Part shown: positions 1-9,381 of the stretch, in pieces
Layout of the letters: each line of letters opens with the position of its first letter
Numbering within the stretch: the first letter of the stretch is position 1
From: an uncultured Planctomycetales bacterium
GTDB lineage: Bacteria > Omnitrophota > Gorgyraeia > Zapsychrales > Fredricksoniimonadaceae
Length of the DNA: 60,972 nucleotides
Direction: 5' to 3'
NCBI GenBank assembly: GCA_964483785.1
Contig: CAZACW010000008.1
Location: 1 to 60,972 of the forward strand
Made by a program: the position numbers and the translations under genes
The notes under the pieces: model-generated
Database searches by the model: none
What the model was told of the DNA's origin: nothing
What the model saw: the letters and a program-made list of their open reading frames with translations, nothing else

Positions 1-1
1 C

Positions 2-937
2 TCGACGCTCGGCGGCACCGGCATCAACCCGCCCGACCCGCGCAAGCCCGAGGACATCAAATCTTATTTGACCGACGAGCAGTACCGTCTTTACAGCCTG
101 ATCTGGAAGAGGTTTATCAACTGCCAGCTGATGCCCGCTGTTTTCGAGCAGACCAAGATTGAAATTTCCGCCGGGCGTTTTCAATTCGGGGTGTCCGGCT
201 CCATCCTGGCCTTCCCGGGATATTTGGCCATGTATATGGACAATGAGGAGCAGGAGGTCAAGCTTGATCCGTCGCTGTACGCCCAGGGCGACAGTCTCGA
301 GCTTTTGGAAGTCAAGCCCAGCCAGCATTTCACCAAGCCGCCGGCGCGCTATTCCGAAGCCAGCTTAGTCAAGGCCCTGGAAGAGCAGGGGATCGGCCGT
401 CCGTCGACCTATGCTTCCATTATCCAGACCTTGGTGTTTCGTAATTACGTATTGCGCGACCGCGGTTATTTTACGGCCACGGATTTGGGGATCCGCATCT
501 GCCATTTGCTGACGGAGTATTTCAAGAAGATCATGGACATCGGCTTTACAGCCATGATGGAGGAGGAATTAGACTCCATCGAGGACGGCACCAACGGTTA
601 TGCCAAGGTCTTGGGCGATTTTTGGGCGCCGTTTAAGGAAGACCTGGATTTTGCCATGGCCAATATCCAGAAGACCGAAATGACCATTGACAAGGCCTGT
701 CCCGAGTGCGGCAAGCCCATGGCCGTCAAATGGGGCCGCCGCGGCCGTTTCATCAGCTGTACAGGTTTTCCGGAATGCAAACATTCGGAAAGTTTCACCA
801 CCGGCGTCAAATGCCCGCAGGAAGGGTGCACCGGAGAATTGGTGGAACGCCGTTCCCATCGGGGCGCTACATTTTACGGCTGCAGCCGTTATCCTGAATG
901 CAAATTCATCGCCAATAAGCTGCCCTCCGCCAACTGA
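2..937 (+). CDS. topA: DNA topoisomerase I, C-terminal part (5' end outside window)
   Basis: The frame is open from the window edge to the stop at 935-937. LTDEQYRLYSLIWKRF... is the conserved TopA core region. Two C-terminal C4 zinc-ribbon modules follow (CPECG..CTGFPEC and CPQEGC..CSRYPEC). Confidence 0.9.
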   Translation, partial: STLGGTGINPPDPRKPEDIKSYLTDEQYRLYSLIWKRFINCQLMPAVFEQTKIEISAGRFQFGVSGSILAFPGYLAMYMDNEEQEVKLDPSLYAQGDSLELLEVKPSQHFTKPPARYSEASLVKALEEQGIGRPSTYASIIQTLVFRNYVLRDRGYFTATDLGIRICHLLTEYFKKIMDIGFTAMMEEELDSIEDGTNGYAKVLGDFWAPFKEDLDFAMANIQKTEMTIDKACPECGKPMAVKWGRRGRFISCTGFPECKHSESFTTGVKCPQEGCTGELVERRSHRGATFYGCSRYPECKFIANKLPSAN

Positions 938-973
938 TTTCAAGGGCGCTGTCCTTCATCTACCGAGGGGACC

Positions 974-1831
974 TTGAGCAGGCACCTGGACAAATTTCTG
1001 ACCTACCTGGAAGTGGAAAAAAATTATTCCGCGCACACCCTCCTGAATTACCGGATCGATGTGGAAGAGTTCAAGGCCTTTTTAGGGCAGACGCCCTTCG
1101 AAGAGGCGGCCTATCCGGATTTGCGCCGGTATCTGGCCCAGCTTAAGGGCCGCAACCTCAAACCCCGTTCCCTGGCCCGCAAACTTTCCACCCTAAGGAC
1201 TTTTTTCAAGTTTTTACAGCGGGAGGGTGTGATTGATGCCAACCCGGCCAAACTGCTGGTGACCCCTAAACTGGACAAGCCCTTGCCGCATTTCATGAGC
1301 GAGGAAGAAGCGGTCCAGCTGATCGAGGCGCCCAAAAGCGGCAAGGCCTCCCTGCGGGACAAGGCCCTCTTCGAGGTGCTTTACTCGACGGGCATCCGGG
1401 TCAGCGAATTGGTGGGGCTTGACATCGATGATGTGGATTTTATCAGCAATATCATCCGGGTGATGGGCAAGGGCAAAAAGGAGCGCATGGTCCCCGTCGG
1501 AGACACGGCGTTAAACGCCTTAAAGGCCTATCTGGATACGCGCCAGGTCCAGACTAAAACTGTCTTTATCAATAAGAACGCCACGCGTTTAAGCGACCGC
1601 AGTGTGCGCAATATCATCCATAAATACATCCATCAAGCTTCGCTGGCCCAACATATCACCCCGCACATGTTCCGCCATTCTTTTGCGACCCATCTTTTGA
1701 ACAACGGCGCGGATTTGCGCTCGGTCCAGGAATTGCTGGGCCATGTCAATCTCTCCACCACCCAAATCTACACCCATCTGACCACCGATAAACTGAAAAA
1801 AGTTTACGATAAGGCCCATCCCCGGGCCTAA
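974..1831 (+). CDS. Tyrosine site-specific recombinase, XerC/XerD family
   Basis: 285 aa. It has an N-terminal core-binding region (LTYLEVEKNYSAHTLLNYRIDVEEF) and the catalytic signatures HMFRHSFATHLL and LLGHVNLSTTQIYTH. XerC and XerD cannot be told apart by eye. Confidence 0.85.
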   Translation: MSRHLDKFLTYLEVEKNYSAHTLLNYRIDVEEFKAFLGQTPFEEAAYPDLRRYLAQLKGRNLKPRSLARKLSTLRTFFKFLQREGVIDANPAKLLVTPKLDKPLPHFMSEEEAVQLIEAPKSGKASLRDKALFEVLYSTGIRVSELVGLDIDDVDFISNIIRVMGKGKKERMVPVGDTALNALKAYLDTRQVQTKTVFINKNATRLSDRSVRNIIHKYIHQASLAQHITPHMFRHSFATHLLNNGADLRSVQELLGHVNLSTTQIYTHLTTDKLKKVYDKAHPRA

Positions 1832-1833
1832 TC

Positions 1834-1885
1834 AAATAAAGGGGACGTCTCCCAATTAATTAATTGGGAGACGTCCCCTTTATTT
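1834..1885. terminator. Bidirectional intrinsic-terminator-like perfect palindrome
   Basis: A 52-nt perfect palindrome, AAATAAAGGGGACGTCTCCCAATTAA|TTAATTGGGAGACGTCCCCTTTATTT, starts 3 nt after the xer stop. It has A/T runs on both flanks. Confidence 0.7.
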
Positions 1886-1893
1886 GAGGTTGA

Positions 1894-1920
1894 CCTCCAC
1901 AACCCCGGAGGTTGTGATGG
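1894..1920. repeat. REP-like 27-nt hairpin unit (copy 1)
   Basis: CCTCCACAACCCCGGAGGTTGTGATGG. It belongs to the same family as the units at 23501, 29778, 49029/49064, 57687 and 59320/59351. Confidence 0.8.
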
Positions 1921-1982
1921 TCTCTTGACACTTACCTAAAATTTTGCATGTCTTTTAGATCGTGAAAAGTTATAATACTTGA

Positions 1983-3236
1983 ATGTATATTATTTATGAG
2001 TTCCTGTTTTTTATATACGCCCTGGTCTATCTGCCGTATTTGCTGTTGACTCGTCGGGGATACAAGGGCTTTGGTATGCGTTTCGGCCGATTTCCCGCGC
2101 AGATCCAACAGCAGATCAAGGCCAAACCCAATATTTGGCTGCACGCGGTCAGCGTGGGGGAAATCATGGTTTTGGACGCCTTTATGGAGCGCTTGCGCAA
2201 AATCTATCCGGACCATCAATATGTGGTGACGGTAACGACCAAAACCGGATACGCGCTGGCCCAGGAACGCATGACGCGCAAGGCCTTGGTCCTGCCGTCT
2301 CCCATAGATTTTGGTTTCGCAGCCAGGGCCTTTGTGGAGTCCATCCATCCTCAAACCTATATCGCCGTGGAAACGGAGATATGGCCGAATCTTTACAGGC
2401 AATTATCCCAAAAGGGCGTGCCCATGGCCATCATTAACGGCAGGATCTCGGACGCCTCCTGGGGCCGGTATAAAAGCGTCCGGTTTTTTTTAAAGCAAGT
2501 TTTAAACCAGGTGTCCAGATGGTGCATGCAAAGCAAGCGCGATGCGCAAAGGATCATGGAATTAGGCGTTCTGCCCAACAAGGTGGTGGTGACCGGCAAT
2601 GTCAAATTCGACGATCAGCCCGGTGCTCTGGACCCTTCGGCCAATCCCTGGATGAAGGGCAAAAATGATTTATGGTGGGTGGCAGGTTCCACCCATCCCG
2701 GCGAGGAAGATATTGTTTTGGATGTGTTCGCGCAGGTGATCAAGGCAAGCCCTTCCTGGCGCCTGATCATCGCGCCGCGGCATGTGGAGCGCGCGGCCCA
2801 GATCCTGGACCTTGCCCTTCGGCGGGGATTCAAGGCCGCGCTCTATTCTAAAATTTTCCAGGATGTCCATGGGCAGATTGTCATTGTAGATACCATCGGC
2901 CAATTACGTTCCATGTACTCCGAGGCAGCCCTGGTCTTTGTCGGTAAAAGCCTGACAGAAGGCGGGGGGCATAATGTCCTGGAGCCCGCGATGTTCGGCA
3001 AGGCCATCATCATCGGCCCCAAGTTTGCGAATTTCAGGGACATTGTCGCTTGTTTTACGCAGGGCCAGGCCATTGTCCAGGTGCAGGATGCAAAGGATTT
3101 TGCCGGCGCTGTCATCGCCTTGTGCCAGGATGCGCCCAGAAGAGAAGCCCTGGGCAGGGCCGCCAGCCGGGTGATGGCTGAAAATCGAGGGGCGTCTTTG
3201 CGCAGTTTGGAAAGTCTGAAAGGGCTTTTTCCATGA
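1983..3236 (+). CDS. waaA: 3-deoxy-D-manno-octulosonic acid (Kdo) transferase
   Basis: 417 aa. It has an N-terminal membrane anchor and the WLHAVSVGE motif typical of WaaA/KdtA, and its C-terminal half looks like a GT-B fold. The stop overlaps the lpxK start by 4 bp. Confidence 0.9.
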   Translation: MYIIYEFLFFIYALVYLPYLLLTRRGYKGFGMRFGRFPAQIQQQIKAKPNIWLHAVSVGEIMVLDAFMERLRKIYPDHQYVVTVTTKTGYALAQERMTRKALVLPSPIDFGFAARAFVESIHPQTYIAVETEIWPNLYRQLSQKGVPMAIINGRISDASWGRYKSVRFFLKQVLNQVSRWCMQSKRDAQRIMELGVLPNKVVVTGNVKFDDQPGALDPSANPWMKGKNDLWWVAGSTHPGEEDIVLDVFAQVIKASPSWRLIIAPRHVERAAQILDLALRRGFKAALYSKIFQDVHGQIVIVDTIGQLRSMYSEAALVFVGKSLTEGGGHNVLEPAMFGKAIIIGPKFANFRDIVACFTQGQAIVQVQDAKDFAGAVIALCQDAPRREALGRAASRVMAENRGASLRSLESLKGLFP

Positions 3237-4276
3237 ATGCATATCTTTTGTCCATCATGAAGGGCCAGCGCAATGGTTTTATCGACCAATTGATCGTTGA
3301 TCTGCTTCTGCCCTGGTCATGGCTGTATGGATGGGGGGTTTTTGGCCACCGCCTATGGCAGAGGTTTTTAGGCACCTATCTGGCGCCTCAGCCGGTGATC
3401 AGCATCGGCAATATCACGGTAGGCGGTTCAGGCAAGACCCCTCTGACGATCTGGCTGGCCCGAAGCCTTCAGGAAAAAGGCATCAAGTCCGTGGTCTTGA
3501 TCCGGGGGTATATGCCCAAAGGCTGTAAAATCAGCGACGAAGTGGACATGATCAATGAACAGTTGCCGTATATCCCGGTCCTGGCCGGGGCTGACCGGGC
3601 AGAAAATATCAAGAAATACGGCAAGGCCCTGCCCGTGGATGTTTATATCGCCGATGATGCTTTTCAGCATTGGCCCTTGGGCAGGGACCTGGACATTGTG
3701 GCCATAGATTCCAGCAATCCCTTCGGCAACGGGCAGCTGTTGCCGGCGGGGATTTTGCGCGAACCCATATCCGCGCTTAAGAGGGCGGATGTGATGGTGC
3801 TGACCAAGACCTACGGCGTCAACGACCTGGAAAGCCTCTCTGCCAAACTTAAAAAAATCAATCCCCGGGCCCTGATCATGGAAAGCCGTTACAAGAACGG
3901 CGCCCCCTTAGACGTGTTTTCTTTAAAACAAATGCCGGAGCATTATTTAAACGGCAAAAAGATCGTGGGATTTTGCGGCATCGGCGATCCATTGTCCTTT
4001 GAGCACGGGCTGTTAGATTCCCGGGCGGATCTTGTCAAACTTTTTGCCTTCATGGACCATCATGTTTATACACCGGCGGATATTCAGCATCTACAGGCTT
4101 TTTGCAAGGAACAAGGCGTGTCATGCCTTGTGACCACGCACAAGGATGCCGTTAAACTAAAATTCTTCCAGCATCTGATGGAGGGCATTGAGCTTTTGTA
4201 CATCCCCATCCATCTGGAAATGACCAAGGGTACGGATGCCTTCTTTCAAAAAATCATTCCAATTTGCCATTCTTAA
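3233..4276 (+). CDS. lpxK: Tetraacyldisaccharide 4'-kinase
   Basis: 347 aa. It carries the P-loop GNITVGGSGKTP in the usual LpxK position and lies in a lipid A gene context. Confidence 0.9.
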   Translation: MNAYLLSIMKGQRNGFIDQLIVDLLLPWSWLYGWGVFGHRLWQRFLGTYLAPQPVISIGNITVGGSGKTPLTIWLARSLQEKGIKSVVLIRGYMPKGCKISDEVDMINEQLPYIPVLAGADRAENIKKYGKALPVDVYIADDAFQHWPLGRDLDIVAIDSSNPFGNGQLLPAGILREPISALKRADVMVLTKTYGVNDLESLSAKLKKINPRALIMESRYKNGAPLDVFSLKQMPEHYLNGKKIVGFCGIGDPLSFEHGLLDSRADLVKLFAFMDHHVYTPADIQHLQAFCKEQGVSCLVTTHKDAVKLKFFQHLMEGIELLYIPIHLEMTKGTDAFFQKIIPICHS

Positions 4277-6203
4277 AATCCTGACGAAGCTGCTGCCGCT
4301 TCTGCCCATGGGCCTCGTCCTTTGGATGGGGCGCTGTTTAGGAAAGCTGGGCTATCATCTGGCAGGCCGGCGGCGTGTGCTGGTTTATGCCAATCTCAAG
4401 ACTGTTTTTGCCGGGACCTTGATGCCCGCGCAAATCCGAACGATGACCAGGGAAGTGTTCATCAATTTTTTCCAAAGCATTGTCGAATTGCTCTGCCTGC
4501 CCAAACTCAAACGCATAGGCCTGGAAAAATTCATCGATATCCAGGGCAAGGACAATGTGGATGAAGCCTTAAAAAAGGGCAAGGGCGTGATTTTTTTGGC
4601 CGTGCATTCCGGCAGCTGGGAGCTGGCCAGCGTCGTGGGGGGGCTGGTCAAGGGAGGGTATCATGTGGTGGTCAATGACCAGTCCAAGTTCCCGCAGGTG
4701 GATGAATTGCTTAATGTCTATCGCACCATTGCCGGCGCCAATGTGATCTTTACCGGTTCCGCGGCCAAGGACATCATCAAGTCCCTGCAGCGCAATGAAA
4801 TCATTTCCATTGTCCTGGACCAGGGCGGCAAATCCGGGCTGGAGGTGCCTTTTTTAAACCGGAGTTCATCCATGTCCACCGGCGCCATGCGCCTGGCCCT
4901 GAAATACGGCTGTGCGGTGTGCCCGGTGTGGATGGAGCGCCGCGGCCAAGGCAGGCATGTCTTGCAGATTTTTCCCGCCATGGACGTAGTTGGGACCGCA
5001 GACCTTGAATCCGCTGTCAAGGCCAATATCATCCGGGCGGCCGAGCATTTCGATGCCCTGCTGCGCCGGCATCCGACGGAATATATGTGGTTTTACAAGG
5101 TCTTCAAATTTTCTTTGCACAGCAGTTTGCTCATCATCGATGACGGCCGCACCGGACATTTGCGCCAGTCCCAGGCCGTGGCCGGGCATTTGCAGGGGAT
5201 CTTGCGCCGCAAGGGCAGGACTGTGGCCCAAAGCACGGTTGTTCTGCAATGGCGCAGTCCCTGGTCCGCCTCCTTGCTTTCGGTGTACGCGTTTTTAAGC
5301 CAATTTTTGGGCTCATTGAAAAAGGAAGATGCCCTGCAATCTTTTTTGACCAAGGCCTGCTTTGAAGAGTTGATGAAACACAAGGCGGATTATATCGTGT
5401 CCTGCGGCTTTCAAGGCGCGGGGGTCAACTATATCCTGGGCCAAAACCATATAGCCAAGACCGTTACCATTATGACCTCGGGGCTGCTATTGCGGGAAGC
5501 TTTCAGCGCCGTGGTCCTGCCCCAGCATGAAAAGCCCCAGGCCGTTGGCAAGACGAAATTGATCGTGCCCAAGGTCTCCCCCAATTTGATCAACGCGGCG
5601 TATTTGAAGGACCAGACCGAGGGTTTGATTAAATATTATTCGCATTTAAAAAGCAATGTGCGCCAAAAATTCGGGGTCTTGATCGGCGGAAACACCCAGG
5701 GGGTCAAGTTCGAAGAGGCCCAAATGCGCGAGCTTTTAAGCCAGATCAAGGCAGCGGCCCTGCATTACAATGCGGACATTCTGCTGACCACCTCGCGCCG
5801 CACTCCGCCCCAGATCGAACAGATCATTGCCAAGGAGCTCAAGGATTTTGAGCGCTGCGCCCTGTGCATTTTGGCCGGCCAGCGCAATATCCCCGAGGCT
5901 GTGGGGGGGATCCTGGGCCTTGCGGATCTGGTCATTGTTTCGGGGGAGAGCGTGTCCATGGTTTCGGAAAGCGTCTCTTCCGGCAAACGGACCATCGTCT
6001 TTTCTCCCTCGGGGCATTACAAGGAGAGGCCGAGGAACAAATACGAGGCCTTTGTGCTGAAATTAAACGACCAGGGTTATCTGATGGTCACCTCGGTGCA
6101 GGATTTGAAATCGAAAATGGCCCAGTTGTTAAGCCGTAAAATCACGCTCAAATCCTTAGACGATGAAGAGCTCCTGCAGCAAGGCCTGGAGGCCGTGGCA
6201 TGA
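4236..6203 (+). CDS. Fusion: LpxL/HtrB-like lipid A late acyltransferase (N) + ELM1-family (DUF1022-like) domain (C)
   Basis: 655 aa. The N-terminal ~295 aa have the LPLAT H(X)4E motif (AVHSGSWE). The C-terminal ~350 aa begin LLIIDDGRTGHLRQSQAVA and contain GVLIGGN and LLTTSRRTP, which are typical ELM1-family signatures. Confidence 0.8.
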   Translation: MPSFKKSFQFAILKILTKLLPLLPMGLVLWMGRCLGKLGYHLAGRRRVLVYANLKTVFAGTLMPAQIRTMTREVFINFFQSIVELLCLPKLKRIGLEKFIDIQGKDNVDEALKKGKGVIFLAVHSGSWELASVVGGLVKGGYHVVVNDQSKFPQVDELLNVYRTIAGANVIFTGSAAKDIIKSLQRNEIISIVLDQGGKSGLEVPFLNRSSSMSTGAMRLALKYGCAVCPVWMERRGQGRHVLQIFPAMDVVGTADLESAVKANIIRAAEHFDALLRRHPTEYMWFYKVFKFSLHSSLLIIDDGRTGHLRQSQAVAGHLQGILRRKGRTVAQSTVVLQWRSPWSASLLSVYAFLSQFLGSLKKEDALQSFLTKACFEELMKHKADYIVSCGFQGAGVNYILGQNHIAKTVTIMTSGLLLREAFSAVVLPQHEKPQAVGKTKLIVPKVSPNLINAAYLKDQTEGLIKYYSHLKSNVRQKFGVLIGGNTQGVKFEEAQMRELLSQIKAAALHYNADILLTTSRRTPPQIEQIIAKELKDFERCALCILAGQRNIPEAVGGILGLADLVIVSGESVSMVSESVSSGKRTIVFSPSGHYKERPRNKYEAFVLKLNDQGYLMVTSVQDLKSKMAQLLSRKITLKSLDDEELLQQGLEAVA

Positions 6204-8287
6204 ACATTTTGCAGATACTGCCGGAGTTGAACGTCGGGGGTGTGGAAACCGGCACCCTGGATCTGGCCAAATATTTGGTTGGGCAGGGGCATAAGTCCTT
6301 TGTGGTCTCCAACGGAGGAGAGCTTGTCGCTCAACTGCAATCCGACGGCACCAAGCATTTCACCCTGCCGGTGCACAAGAAGAACCTGTTTACAGCTTAC
6401 CGCTGCATCGGCAAATTGGTCAGGATCATCCGGCGGGAAAAAATCGACATCGTGCATGCCCGTTCCAGGGTCCCGGCCTGGATCGCCTTTTTTGCCTGCC
6501 GCCGCACCGAGGCGCATTTTTTGACCACCTGCCACGGGTATTATGCCAATCATTTTTTCAGCCGCGTCATGGGCTGGGGCAAAATGTGCATTGCCATCAG
6601 CGAGGTCATCGGCCGGCATATGGTCCAGGATTTCGGGGTGCCCTCTGAGCATATCCGGGTGATCCCGCGCAGCGTTGACCTGGAGAGGTTTAATCTTCCC
6701 CGGACGCCCTCCAAGGGCAAAGGCCCCATGACCGTGGTGATGATCGGCCGCCTGACACCCTTAAAAGGCCATCCTTATTTTTTAAAGGCCATGGCGCGCG
6801 TCATCCATCAGGTCCCTGCGCTTAAGGTGCAGATCATCGGCGATGCTCCCCTTAAAAAACAGGTCTATAAGGAAGAATTGATTTTGCTGGCCAAACGTCT
6901 GGGCATTGCGGCCAAGGTGGAGTTTTTGGGCAACCGCCGCGATATCCCGGAACTTTTAAGCAAGGCGGATTGCCTGGTCCTTGCGACGACGACGCAGGAG
7001 GCCTTTGGCCGCGTCATCATCGAGGCCCAGGCCGCGGGCGTGCCGGTGGTGGCCACCAGGGTGGGCGGGGTGATGGAAATCATCGAGGAGGGCAAAACAG
7101 GGCTTTTGGTCCTGCCTAAGGACATCGAGGCCATGGCCAAGGCCGTGCTGCGTATTTTAAAGGACCCTGCCTTTTCTGCGGTACTCGTCGAGCAAGCCAA
7201 AAAGAAATTGCATGAGCGCTATACCTTAAAGCACATGGCGGAAGCGACCTTAAGCGTCTATCAGGAATTGCTTTGCTCCACTAAAATTTTGATCATCAAG
7301 ATGACAGCGGTCGGGGACGTGGTCCTTTCCACCGCGGCGTTCAAGGCCATACGCCGCAAATTTCCGGAGGCGGACATCACCTGTTTGACATCGTCTTCAG
7401 CCGCGCCCCTGATCGAGACCTGTCCGCATATCGATGAGTTGATCATCTTTGACCATCAATCCAGGCATTGGCGCGTTCTGTGGAACAAGGCCAAGGAATT
7501 GCGGCGCTGTCATTTTGACAAGGTGGTGGACCTGCAGAACAACCGGGTCAGCCATCTTTTGGCCTACCTCGCCATGCCCAAAGAATCCTACGGGTATGAC
7601 AACGGTAAATTTTCTTTTTTGCTCTCGAAAAAAATCAAAAACAATGTCCGCTTCATTCCGCCGGTGGAACATCAATTCAGGATCCTCAAAATGCTGGGCA
7701 TTGACTATGAACCCTCCTTGAGGCTGGAATTAAACCCTTCAGCCAGGGACCAGGCCTATGCCCAGGAATTGCTGGACAATGAGTGGTTAAGCGGCCAGCA
7801 GGTTTTTGTCGGCATGAACATTTCAGCTTCTCAACTTTGGCCTACGAAGAATTGGCCGATGGAGCACATGGTCAAATTATGCGATCTTTTAGGGCACAAG
7901 AACATCCGGGTGATCTTGACCGGCCAGGACAAGGACAAGGCGCTGGGCAGGGAATTGATCGCCCGGGCCAAGGCCAAACCCGCGAGTTTCATCGGCAAAA
8001 CAAGCCTTTTACAATTGGCTGCCCTGATTGGCCGCTGTCAGGCCTATATCTCCGCGGATTCGGCGCCTTTGCATGTGGCCGCGGCCATGGGCGTTCCCAC
8101 CATAGCCTTGTTCGGCCCGACGGACAGCCGCCGGCATATGCCTCCGGCGGACAAAAGCGCGGTGTTTCATAAGGAGATGAAATGTTCTCCCTGTTATTCC
8201 GGCGTGTGCAAGATCAAGACCCACGCCTGCATGAAAGAAATTCTGCCGGAAGAGGTGGCCCGTAAAACCGTCCAATTGATGCGATGA
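6200..8287 (+). CDS. Fusion: GT4 glycosyltransferase (N) + GT9 heptosyltransferase-like domain (C)
   Basis: 695 aa. The N-terminal half starts MNILQILPELNVGGVETG and carries an EAFGRVIIEAQAAGVPVVAT (E-x7-E type) motif. At about aa 357 a GT9 domain begins (KILIIKMTAVGDVVLSTAAFKAIRRKFP) and ends with ISADSAPLHVAAAMG. Confidence 0.85.
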   Translation: MNILQILPELNVGGVETGTLDLAKYLVGQGHKSFVVSNGGELVAQLQSDGTKHFTLPVHKKNLFTAYRCIGKLVRIIRREKIDIVHARSRVPAWIAFFACRRTEAHFLTTCHGYYANHFFSRVMGWGKMCIAISEVIGRHMVQDFGVPSEHIRVIPRSVDLERFNLPRTPSKGKGPMTVVMIGRLTPLKGHPYFLKAMARVIHQVPALKVQIIGDAPLKKQVYKEELILLAKRLGIAAKVEFLGNRRDIPELLSKADCLVLATTTQEAFGRVIIEAQAAGVPVVATRVGGVMEIIEEGKTGLLVLPKDIEAMAKAVLRILKDPAFSAVLVEQAKKKLHERYTLKHMAEATLSVYQELLCSTKILIIKMTAVGDVVLSTAAFKAIRRKFPEADITCLTSSSAAPLIETCPHIDELIIFDHQSRHWRVLWNKAKELRRCHFDKVVDLQNNRVSHLLAYLAMPKESYGYDNGKFSFLLSKKIKNNVRFIPPVEHQFRILKMLGIDYEPSLRLELNPSARDQAYAQELLDNEWLSGQQVFVGMNISASQLWPTKNWPMEHMVKLCDLLGHKNIRVILTGQDKDKALGRELIARAKAKPASFIGKTSLLQLAALIGRCQAYISADSAPLHVAAAMGVPTIALFGPTDSRRHMPPADKSAVFHKEMKCSPCYSGVCKIKTHACMKEILPEEVARKTVQLMR

Positions 8288-9381
8288 AAATCCTATTTTT
8301 GACAACGCATTTTAACACCGGCGGCATCACCAGCTACGTGCTGACCCTGGGCGAGGTCTTGGTTAAGGCCGGGCACCAGGTTTGGGTGGCTTCCAGCGGC
8401 GGCGACCGCGTGCCGCAGTTGGAGGCGGCCGGGATCAAGCATGTCACCGTCAATATCCGCACCAAGTCCGAAGCGCATCCCAAATTGCTGTTGACTTTTG
8501 GGCCGCTCAAGCGTTTGATCCGCGCCGAAGGCATGGATATTCTCCATGCCCAGACGCGGGTCACCCAGGTGCTTGGTTTTTTTCTGGCCCGCGCAACGGG
8601 CGTCAGCCTGATTACGACCTGCCATGGTTTTTTTCGTCCCCGCTGGTTTCGTAGAACCTTTCCCTGCTGGGGCTCGGCCGTGATTGCCATCAGCAAACCT
8701 GTGGCCCGCCATTTGATCGAGGATTTTTCCGTGCCTGCGGCACAGGTCCATACCATTGCCAACGGGATTGATCTTAAACGCTTTGCCATGACGGATGAAC
8801 AGAAGCGCCGCCATGAGCGTCAGCATTTGGGTCTGCAGGCCTCGCCTGTCATCGGCATCATCGCGCGGCTCTCGGATGTCAAAGGGATCGATATTTTGAT
8901 CAAGGCCATGCCGCGGGTATTGAAAGAATACCCCGGGGCCGTTGCGGTGATCGCGGGCCAGGGGCCGGAAGAGGCCTATTTAAAAAAATTGACCCTGGAT
9001 TTGAGGCTGACGGAGCATGTGCTTTTTAGGGATTTCATCGATGAGCCCCAGGACCTTTTATGCGCCTTTGATGTTTTTGTCATGCCCTCCTTGATGGAAG
9101 GCCTGGGATTGTCGGTGATCGAGGCCCAGGCCTGCGGCATTCCGGTTATTGTTTCCAAGGTGGGCGGGTTGATCGATCTGGTCGAAGACGGCCAAAGCGG
9201 GTTTCTGACAGCTGTGCATGATCCCGAAGCTTTGGCCGGCCGCATCATCGCGATTTTGCGTGATCCTGATTTGGCCCAACGCATGGCGGCCAAGGCCAGG
9301 ACAAAGGTGGAACACCATTTTTCCGTCGGACTGATGCTGATGAAGACCCTGGACGTGTATGAACAAAATTCTCGTCGTTAA
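8284..9381 (+). CDS. GT4 family glycosyltransferase
   Basis: 365 aa. It starts MKILFLTTHFNTGGITSYV and carries the EGLGLSVIEAQACGIPVIVS motif. Its start overlaps the upstream stop by 4 bp. Confidence 0.85.
   Translation: MKILFLTTHFNTGGITSYVLTLGEVLVKAGHQVWVASSGGDRVPQLEAAGIKHVTVNIRTKSEAHPKLLLTFGPLKRLIRAEGMDILHAQTRVTQVLGFFLARATGVSLITTCHGFFRPRWFRRTFPCWGSAVIAISKPVARHLIEDFSVPAAQVHTIANGIDLKRFAMTDEQKRRHERQHLGLQASPVIGIIARLSDVKGIDILIKAMPRVLKEYPGAVAVIAGQGPEEAYLKKLTLDLRLTEHVLFRDFIDEPQDLLCAFDVFVMPSLMEGLGLSVIEAQACGIPVIVSKVGGLIDLVEDGQSGFLTAVHDPEALAGRIIAILRDPDLAQRMAAKARTKVEHHFSVGLMLMKTLDVYEQNSRR

Noticed and set aside
1834-1885. The palindrome next to the xer recombinase gene considered as a dif site.
   Set aside because: It is a perfect 52-nt GC-stem palindrome with A/T flanks, which is a terminator shape. 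It does not resemble the 28-bp dif layout of two 11-bp arms around a 6-bp AT-rich spacer. A related palindrome at 12351-12388 shares the CCCAATT/AATTGGG ends, arguing for a terminator family.
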